Virus record (IMG/VR): IMGVR_UViG_3300023110_000023
Location: 14,302 to 78,301 of that record
Direction: 5' to 3' (one strand)
Origin: a virus
Length of the DNA stretch: 64,000 nt
Shown here: in pieces, positions 57,790-64,000 of the stretch
Numbering within the stretch: position 1 is the stretch's first letter
How the letters are laid out: every line of letters starts with the position of its first letter
Program-made: the position numbers and the translations under genes
Notes under the pieces: model-generated
The model's database searches: none
What the model was told of the DNA's origin: nothing
Seen by the model: only the letters and a program-made list of their open reading frames with translations

Positions 57790-58125
57790 ATGGAAGACAT
57801 TCCCGTTGAAGACTGCGTTCCGACCCAAGACACCGACTATCCACCCGAAGTGCTGGAGGCGATGTTCCAAGAGCATGAGGAAGAGGTCGCTTGGAGGCGG
57901 ATTCAACACGAAGTCAGCGAGTGGGCGAAGGGCGTGGAACTCTTGAGCCATCCCGACTTGGAGTTCTTCGTGCGACCATCGTTGAAGGTGGAACTTGAGC
58001 AGACGCTCGCCACCATTGACGAGGGCATGACCCCGAACTCTCCGCTGGAACACATGATTCGTGAGAAGGTGCGAGATGCCTTGCTCATCGTTGAGGCATA
58101 CGAGGACATTCAAGGCGTTGAGTGA
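57790..58125 (+). CDS. acidic hypothetical protein
   Basis: Class II box at 57759, ATG at +31. Confidence 0.7.
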   Translation: MEDIPVEDCVPTQDTDYPPEVLEAMFQEHEEEVAWRRIQHEVSEWAKGVELLSHPDLEFFVRPSLKVELEQTLATIDEGMTPNSPLEHMIREKVRDALLIVEAYEDIQGVE

Positions 58126-58126
58126 G

Positions 58127-58234
58127 ATGACAGACACGCATAGGAAGTGCGAGGTCTGCTGTGCTTGGCGGTGGTTTTCACCCGATGGTCGCTGTCGTTC
58201 CTGTGGCTGTCGCATGGATAATCAACCTCTTTGA
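58127..58234 (+). CDS. 35-aa Zn-finger microprotein (not in ORF track)
   Basis: MTDTHRKCEVCCAWRWFSPDGRCRSCGCRMDNQPL. Confidence 0.5.
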   Translation: MTDTHRKCEVCCAWRWFSPDGRCRSCGCRMDNQPL

Positions 58235-58413
58235 GAACCCATCATCGTGAGCATCTCGGACACTTTTGACAGGCTGAAAGAAGTCTATTTCACCGTGTAC
58301 GCGTGGGTCATGATTCCACCCATTCTCATCGCGATTTGGGTGCTTCAACATCACCGAGCAAATCGCATTGAGATACCGAAAGAGTGAAAATCCACATAGC
58401 CTTTGGGAATAGC

Positions 58414-59004
58414 ATGAGCGAGTTCGCAGATGAGGACACGGAAGACATTGAGGAAGTCGTTGAGAAGGCAGAAGTGATGGGGCTCGTTCCCACATACGAT
58501 GAGGCGTTGGTTCGCTACATCGCCACGCTCTTGGTGAAGGGCAAATCCGAGTCGGAGATTTGGAAGACTCTCAATGAAAACTCGCTGGTTTCCTCTCGCG
58601 TCGCCCCCCAGCAGAAAACTTCCCTTATGTCGCAAGCCGAGCAGGTTGCAGACGAGATACGCTGGATGGTCGTGAGCAAGGCCGAGATGGAAGATGTTGA
58701 GCAACAGCGGATTGATTCGTATGCCCGAAGGAAGCGCGCCCTGTCGCGATTGGAGGCGGTCATTGAATCGGCTCATGGACAGGCTGACAGCGTGGGCAAA
58801 CTGAACCAAGTGTCGTTCATGGTTGGTGGGCTAATCAAGGCTCAAGAGTCGCTGGACAAGTTCACGGGGGCTCAAGACGCAGTTCCCCAAGTGGTCGTCA
58901 ATGTCGGCTACGACCCGCTTCAACAATTCCGTGAAGTCGTGCAACAGGAACTCAACACGGTTGATATTGAGCCCGATACCGAAGACGAAGACGAATCCGA
59001 TTGA
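58414..59004 (+). CDS. helical protein, possible terminase small subunit
   Basis: HTH-like N-term, long helices, KAQESLDKFTG then VVVNV tail; function tentative. Confidence 0.45.
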   Translation: MSEFADEDTEDIEEVVEKAEVMGLVPTYDEALVRYIATLLVKGKSESEIWKTLNENSLVSSRVAPQQKTSLMSQAEQVADEIRWMVVSKAEMEDVEQQRIDSYARRKRALSRLEAVIESAHGQADSVGKLNQVSFMVGGLIKAQESLDKFTGAQDAVPQVVVNVGYDPLQQFREVVQQELNTVDIEPDTEDEDESD

Positions 59005-59049
59005 ATCCGTTTTCCGAATCGGGCGATTCCCGCTGGATGATTGGTCAAG

Positions 59050-59095
59050 CATTGATGACCATTTCATCTTGATACAACGACACATTGATAAGGGG
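59050..59095 (+). promoter_or_regulatory. class I promoter (three boxes)
   Basis: CATTGATG...TTGATACAACGACACATTGATAAGGGG. Confidence 0.7.
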
Positions 59096-59129
59096 CAACC
59101 TCTTGGGGTTGGATAAGGAGGCACAAAAA

Positions 59130-59681
59130 ATGCAGACCGAAACCCGAAACGAAGCAAGCAAAACGAACACCCTTGTCCTTGACCGAGAGGCTGGCGAACT
59201 CGTCAGTCCCTCCGTTGATGCACCCATCGGTGCAGGGGCTCTCTTGGGGGCTGTCGCCACTCAAATGAAGAAGGCCGACAACGCCATCGCAACCGAGATG
59301 CTCGGCAACACCAAAGACACCATCAAGGACACCATCGGTGCAACCATCACCTTTGACAACGGTGCAACATACCGTGTTGAAGGCAACACCAGCGTGGGCA
59401 ACAACCACGAAGGAATCATCACGCAGAAGATGGGAACGAAGTCCCTCGCACTCTTGCTCTTGATGAGCCAAAACAAAGTGTCGGCTGAAACCATCACCGA
59501 TGACATCATCGCTTCCCTCATGAACGGAGAAGTCGGTGCTATGGCTCGCGTGTTTGACCTTGACTTTGACAGCGACCGCTTCGCTCAAGCAGAAGCCCTT
59601 CTCAAGAAAATTGAGATGCAAACCGTTGGAACTGTCAGCGGTCGCCAGCAAGCCAGCAAGGTCGTCATCACCCAAGAGTGA
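59130..59681 (+). CDS. hypothetical protein (class I cassette)
   Basis: SD GGAGG; MQTETRNEASK... Confidence 0.75.
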   Translation: MQTETRNEASKTNTLVLDREAGELVSPSVDAPIGAGALLGAVATQMKKADNAIATEMLGNTKDTIKDTIGATITFDNGATYRVEGNTSVGNNHEGIITQKMGTKSLALLLLMSQNKVSAETITDDIIASLMNGEVGAMARVFDLDFDSDRFAQAEALLKKIEMQTVGTVSGRQQASKVVITQE

Positions 59682-59813
59682 TTGCGACCCGTTGGAAGCC
59701 ACGCAGACGGACAGGACAGCCCTCACGGGATGACGGACTCCCTTCGGGGATTCCCGACCAGCAGGGGCGTGGGCTGGCTCGCCTTGATAATGGTGGGCAT
59801 CGCATGGCTGGGC

Positions 59814-60077
59814 ATGGCTCGGAACGCTTCACGCAAGACGAGGCGAGCGAACCTGTATCGGCACATGGTCAAGTCCATGAGTGTGCTGGGGGACTTCACA
59901 GCGAGTTCCCTGTGCGACCACATGAACGGTGGCTACACTTACACGCCCAGCGTTCAGTCGTTGTCCATGCACCTTCGTGCGTTTGTCCGAGATGGGCGCG
60001 TACGAATCGTCAAGGAGGCTCGTTGTCGCAGGGAATATCGGTGGGTTGGTGATGAACTCGTTCACGAAGACCCGTGA
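59814..60077 (+). CDS. small winged-helix-like protein
   Basis: FTASSLCDHM...PSVQSLSMHLRAFVRDGRV; class II box at 59784. Confidence 0.6.
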   Translation: MARNASRKTRRANLYRHMVKSMSVLGDFTASSLCDHMNGGYTYTPSVQSLSMHLRAFVRDGRVRIVKEARCRREYRWVGDELVHEDP

Positions 60078-60330
60078 AAGACGCTGGCGACAGGCTCGTT
60101 CCATTGACCGAGTGCTGACCACGATTGAGTCCATGCAGGGCGGTGAGTTCACCATCCACGATGTCCTTGAGGCGATTCCATTCAAGCACAGGCCACACGC
60201 CAACGCGGTCGCGATGGTGATGAACGCGCTGGAGGCAGACGGGTATGTTGTTTCTGTGGGGACACGCAGGGTTAGTCAAACCAACACAGCGACACGCGTG
60301 TGGGCATTCGCACAGACCCCTCCCCCATGA
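60052..60330 (+). CDS. small winged-helix-like protein
   Basis: EFTIHDVL...PHANAVAMVMNALEADGYV; SD GGTTGGTGA. Confidence 0.6.
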   Translation: MNSFTKTRERRWRQARSIDRVLTTIESMQGGEFTIHDVLEAIPFKHRPHANAVAMVMNALEADGYVVSVGTRRVSQTNTATRVWAFAQTPPP

Positions 60331-60845
60331 TTATTGACAGCCATATCCATTTTCGTTTCTTGCTGACTATCCTCTCAAGCGAGAAGTCCGAAAATCACTA
60401 TGTTTTTCGGAATATCAATGCTTCCGCACCATGCCTCCAGCACATTCCACCACTTAAATGTATCAATGTTTTATTCTCTTTCAAACAATTAAACAAACGA
60501 AGAGGGGGTATGGGACACACACACTTTGGAATCGGGAAGAACACTATGGGTGCTTATATGCACATCTCCGACATCACACGGTTTTGGATGCTCAAGACAA
60601 GGTGTGTGTGTAGCAAGGGGGGTGTTCGTTTGATTCTTTTCCAAAATATCGGGCTCAATAGGCTCGCAGTCCATCGGTTTTTTTCTGCAACAATTATGCG
60701 GATTCTTGATATTCTGAAAAATCGGACTCAATGGTTTGGCCGATTCAGTTCCAATCATTTAGCGACCATGATTTTGGGGTCAAATCGGAATCTCAAGACA
60801 TCGCAATATCAACACATTGATAAGGGGGAACTCGCTGGGCGATTC
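60331..60845. other. 515-bp AT-rich non-coding region, candidate origin/regulatory hub
   Basis: Largest intergenic gap; inverted copies of TTGA(T/G)ATT(C/G)CGA (about 60407, 60786, 60801); ATCGG(G/A)CTCAAT x2; TTCCAATCATTTAG shared with 21732. Confidence 0.5.
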
Positions 60846-61202
60846 ATGTCCCGAACAATAGCCGACATCACCCAAGCCATGCGAGTGTCCCTTGACTGCC
60901 GACTAAATGACTACACGCTTGAGCAAGTCATTGACCGATTCCAAGCCTGTCTTGATGGCGAGTCCAATTGGCTTGATTTTGGCCTCACCTTCCGCTACGA
61001 AGAACAGCGAGATGCTTTCATCGGCCTCTTCCCAAAATATGTCCGATGGGGCAAGGGAAGCATGGGCGGTGTCATTGAGGGCGAATGGCTTCCAACCGCT
61101 GACCTCACTTTTGAGTTCCACTCCAATGTCGCTGGCGAGCGAAACGAAACGGGCGAGAAGCGACTTCGCAAGGTTCTCGCAGTTCTCCAATCCCTTGAGT
61201 GA
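60846..61202 (+). CDS. hypothetical protein (class I cassette)
   Basis: ATG at +29 from CATTGATAAGGGGG; the track's 5' extension runs through non-coding DNA. Confidence 0.7.
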   Translation: MSRTIADITQAMRVSLDCRLNDYTLEQVIDRFQACLDGESNWLDFGLTFRYEEQRDAFIGLFPKYVRWGKGSMGGVIEGEWLPTADLTFEFHSNVAGERNETGEKRLRKVLAVLQSLE

Positions 61203-61235
61203 ACTTGATAACCCGCAGATACGCTCGGAAGGGCT

Positions 61236-61631
61236 ATGCGGATTTTCTTCGGGCTCACGGCAAGCACATACGACCAATTCACCAAGTCCTTCTCGGCACT
61301 CACGAAGGCGATTCGTGGGCAACACCCCATCCATGTGATGCTGGACTCCAGCGACACCGCTGGGGACATGGAAGCCTATGCGAATCAGTCCACGCTGGCG
61401 AGGGACATTTTCACGGTGCATCGCGATTCCGATGCGGAGGCAATCCGAGATGACTTGCTGGCCGAAGCAGATGTGCTGGTCATGATTCAACAGGGCGAGG
61501 CTGTGGACACGAACTTCCTCCCCGACCTGTTGGGACACCTTGAAGACGGTGGTGCGACCAGCCAGCCACATGAGTGGGGCATACAGGCACTTCACAGCAT
61601 ACATCACAAAGCCGATTCGCTCGGTGCTTGA
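61236..61631 (+). CDS. hypothetical protein, degenerate GT-A-like N-terminal fold
   Basis: IHVMLDSSD...ADVLVMIQQGE..DTNFL resembles GT2 topology without DxD; TTGATAACCC at 61205. Confidence 0.5.
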   Translation: MRIFFGLTASTYDQFTKSFSALTKAIRGQHPIHVMLDSSDTAGDMEAYANQSTLARDIFTVHRDSDAEAIRDDLLAEADVLVMIQQGEAVDTNFLPDLLGHLEDGGATSQPHEWGIQALHSIHHKADSLGA

Positions 61632-62184
61632 ACTCGGCTCTCGCGATGCGTTGGATGCAATCCGACTTGCTGACCTATTCAAGTGCGAAGTCGTGGCTTG
61701 GGAATGCAACCCAAGCGCGATTGAACTGTGCAAGCACCACATTGGCGACAGGACTGACATCACGCTGGTGGAGAAGGCCGTGTGGTCGGAGAGCAAACTG
61801 CTGACCTTCCGACCCGTTGTGAACGGCAATCTCGGTGCATCATCGGTGTTCAAGGCGAACCACGCATACCCACATGAGAAGCCATACGAGCAAGTGGAGA
61901 TAACTGTGGAGGCGATGCGAGTGGATGAGTGGTGGGGCGACCGTACGCGACCGAACCTGCTGTGCATGGACTTGCAGGGCGCGGAGATGGAAGCGTTGGA
62001 ATCGCTGGGCGACATGATTGACGAGATTGACTACATCATCACGGAGGGTCAATGGAAGCGTCTGTATCACGACACTCCGCTGATTGAGGACATCTCCGAC
62101 TTCTTGGTTGAGCGTGGCTTTCGGCTCACCAAGTTCAAGGAAGTGAACGATTGGTTTGGCGACTTCCTGTTCAGTCGTGTGTGA
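61570..62184 (+). CDS. FkbM-family SAM methyltransferase
   Basis: VLELGSRD, VAWECNP, VEAMRVD, LLCMDLQGAEMEAL. Confidence 0.9.
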   Translation: MSGAYRHFTAYITKPIRSVLELGSRDALDAIRLADLFKCEVVAWECNPSAIELCKHHIGDRTDITLVEKAVWSESKLLTFRPVVNGNLGASSVFKANHAYPHEKPYEQVEITVEAMRVDEWWGDRTRPNLLCMDLQGAEMEALESLGDMIDEIDYIITEGQWKRLYHDTPLIEDISDFLVERGFRLTKFKEVNDWFGDFLFSRV

Positions 62185-62494
62185 TGTAAAGCGCGCCCGT
62201 TGATTCAACGAATGCACCCACCACGACAACGATTCCCTTGAGGAAGAGGATTCCGTTTAAGTCAATGTCAATGACCCCGCCCGATTCCTTGTCCCTGTCG
62301 TGCGATGGGATGAATTGGAACTTGGCCGTTGCTGGAAGCGTGTCGGTTTGGTTCGCATCATAGATGGAGATGAGGGGAAGCGTGGCGGAGTTTGAGGGTT
62401 TGTCAAAATACCCTTTGACACCAGCGACCCGTGTGGAATATGAGAACACCAAAGTCGTTCCATCCGATACAATCGGCAACGAGATGATAGGCAT
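62171..62494 (-). CDS. small beta-sandwich putative virion protein (paralog A)
   Basis: C-term GILFLKGIVV; class III box GTCTTAACCC 31 bp upstream on minus strand. Confidence 0.65.
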   Translation of the reverse strand: MPIISLPIVSDGTTLVFSYSTRVAGVKGYFDKPSNSATLPLISIYDANQTDTLPATAKFQFIPSHDRDKESGGVIDIDLNGILFLKGIVVVVGAFVESTGALYITHD

Positions 62495-62635
62495 GAACAG
62501 ACGATTCGCATATGCGGGTTAAGACGGTATTGACCCCGATAAATCTGAATCTCAATGCTTCCCCACGACTGTATTTAAACATGGGAATCTGCAACACCGA
62601 TTTGGTGATAAACCGCAGAACTGTTGATATGGGTC

Positions 62636-62932
62636 ATGAGCAACGCCAAAGTCGTTGAAACAGCCGATGCAACCTTGATTGGAAGCGAACCAATCATGCT
62701 CTTGAGCATCGTAGTCGGCACGACAGAACCCCCGCCAGCAGGTGCATTCACCGTTGATTTGCATAACGCCAATTCCGCTGGAGATACGCTGAACGATTCC
62801 AACAGGAAGGTTCGCCTGTCCATTGGGGCTCAATCCAATGGCTTCGCACACTCCTTTGATGGAGTCATGTTCCCGAAGGGGCTGGTCGTGAAATGCTCAT
62901 CGGCTGTTCCCATCACGGTGGAATACGAATGA
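62636..62932 (+). CDS. small beta-sandwich putative virion protein (paralog B)
   Basis: C-term GVMFPKGLVV; class III box GTGATAAACC at 62605. Confidence 0.65.
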   Translation: MSNAKVVETADATLIGSEPIMLLSIVVGTTEPPPAGAFTVDLHNANSAGDTLNDSNRKVRLSIGAQSNGFAHSFDGVMFPKGLVVKCSSAVPITVEYE

Positions 62933-63258
62933 CCCAAGCCCCGACCCTCATCCTGTGTCCGTCTGCTGAAAACCCCAAGCAATTCCGTCTTGGGATTTTC
63001 AAGGGAATCGCGATTGAACATATCGTGAACATCAATGCCGAGATTTTGGGCGATGCAATCAAGGTCGTCAAGCAGATATTGGGCTCAATCACCGAATTGG
63101 ATTTGTCTGCGTGGAACGGGGATTTCAGCATGGGACACCTTCGGGTCTTGAATCCCGAAGCAGACGCGCCCCGCTGGATGATTGACTTCTCCCCCAAAGT
63201 CCCCGAAGAAGTGAACGCTGTGTCCATCACACCCGTTCCTCCGCCTAACGGTTTTTGA
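62929..63258 (+). CDS. hypothetical protein
   Basis: ATGA overlap with upstream gene. Confidence 0.65.
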   Translation: MTQAPTLILCPSAENPKQFRLGIFKGIAIEHIVNINAEILGDAIKVVKQILGSITELDLSAWNGDFSMGHLRVLNPEADAPRWMIDFSPKVPEEVNAVSITPVPPPNGF

Positions 63259-63282
63259 TGGTGGGACAAAGTGAGTGGGAAC

Positions 63283-63465
63283 ATGGACAAAGAACCACAG
63301 GTTCGGGAATGGGTTCTTCCCGCCCTGTCATCAACCAGCGCGATTGGTGAAAAATTAGTCAGCATCCTCATGGCGAACCCGAATCAAGTTCTGCGAGCGT
63401 GTCGCATCGGAGAGGAAATCCTGTTCGTTGCTGTGGAGGGTGAGGTATGGAAGAAAGCCGACTGA
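63283..63465 (+). CDS. small hypothetical protein
   Basis: Class II-like box TTTTTGATGGTGGG at 63252. Confidence 0.55.
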   Translation: MDKEPQVREWVLPALSSTSAIGEKLVSILMANPNQVLRACRIGEEILFVAVEGEVWKKAD

Positions 63466-64000
63466 CAAATCCATTGTCGGTTGAACACCTCCTTCAAGTC
63501 CAAGCCCACTATCGCTCGCTTCGTGAATCGGACAATTTCATCAAGGAACTTCCGCCCAAGAGCGATTGGATTCGCTGGCGATACCTTGACGATGACATCA
63601 ATCACAAATTGGCTTCCGTGAGGTTTGAGCAATCTCCGACCATCAGCATCCATGCGTACGCGTTTGATTGGAACGACCCGCTTCTGCTGGAGGGGCTGAT
63701 TCGCCACGAACTCTTGCATCTCGTATGGGGCGCGAGCGAGGGTCATGGTGCGTTGTTCACGGCATCCGAAGAGGGCTGGGACAAGTTCCACCGCTACAAA
63801 CGGCAGAAGCGGAGGTTCTTCTCGGCCTTGCACTCGGAATCGGGGCGAGAGTTCTCGTATGCGTGTGCAAATTGTCAGCGAATGGTTCACCTAAACCGCG
63901 CCCTGCGACCCAATTCGGCTTGTCTTGAGTGTTGTAAAGCATTCAACAACGGCAAGTGGTGTGAAGCATATACATTGATAAGGGTGGGCGACCTCCCGTG
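63447..64000 (+). CDS. SprT-like metalloprotease with Zn ribbon (runs to window edge; not in ORF track)
   Basis: MEESRLTNP...LIRHELLH...EGHGALF...YACANC...CLECC; SD GGAGG/GGTGA; last codon TG. at 63999-64000. Confidence 0.85.
   Translation, partial: MEESRLTNPLSVEHLLQVQAHYRSLRESDNFIKELPPKSDWIRWRYLDDDINHKLASVRFEQSPTISIHAYAFDWNDPLLLEGLIRHELLHLVWGASEGHGALFTASEEGWDKFHRYKRQKRRFFSALHSESGREFSYACANCQRMVHLNRALRPNSACLECCKAFNNGKWCEAYTLIRVGDLP
63975..63988 (+). promoter_or_regulatory. class II promoter for the next gene beyond the window
   Basis: TTGATAAGGGTGGG. Confidence 0.65.

Noticed and set aside
57624-57809. Cys-rich 61-aa ORF
   Set aside because: It runs through the class II promoter and the start of the next gene; possible but not well supported.
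34-60845. Track start codons at TTG/GTG far upstream (34, 447, 2291, 24211, 32532, 33118, 36322, 50108, 54705, 59085, 60300)
   Set aside because: They begin at the TTG of the TTGATA box or run through non-coding or other genes; ATGs about 30 bp after the box, or with an SD, fit better.
61236-62184. Frameshift fusion of the GT-A-like ORF with FkbM
   Set aside because: The frames overlap, but there is no recognisable slippery site and FkbM has its own ATG at 61570 after GGTGGTG; cannot be supported.
1-64000. tRNA/rRNA genes, major capsid protein, portal, terminase large subunit
   Set aside because: None recognised by eye; the head module probably lies outside the window. A tRNAscan-SE run would be needed to exclude tRNAs.

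Overview
This window is a 64-kb segment of a tailed dsDNA archaeal virus, most likely a magrovirus infecting Marine Group II / Poseidoniales. That assignment is inferred from the archaeal-type replication set, GGTGA/GGAG Shine-Dalgarno sites, leaderless genes and a proteome that does not look halophilic. Gene content: a siphovirus-type tail module (tail tube, -1 frameshifted tail chaperone, tape measure, two giant virion proteins, an inverted baseplate/hub gene); a replication/recombination set (DinG/XPD-like helicase, AAA helicase, OB-fold SSB, RecA/Sak4-like ATPase, Cas4-like nuclease, sliding clamp, PriS-PriL primase, ERCC4 nuclease, RFC small and large subunits, PolB); a MoxR-AAA/vWA pair; a GT4 glycosyltransferase; an FkbM methyltransferase; an N4-cytosine DNA methyltransferase; a collagen-like fibre; and many small orphans. 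Two genome-wide patterns stand out. (1) Restriction-site avoidance is so strong that Gly-Pro, Pro-Gly and Val-Thr seem absent from the proteome, which alters even Walker A and HhH motifs. GTAC, GCGC and GCNGC survive only where they overlap CGCG or CGSCG, which predicts the methylation pattern from sequence alone. (2) Three promoter classes sit about 30 bp upstream of start codons, and about 16 orphan-gene cassettes with a shared double-box promoter are interleaved between core genes. All motif counts were made by eye and need computational confirmation.
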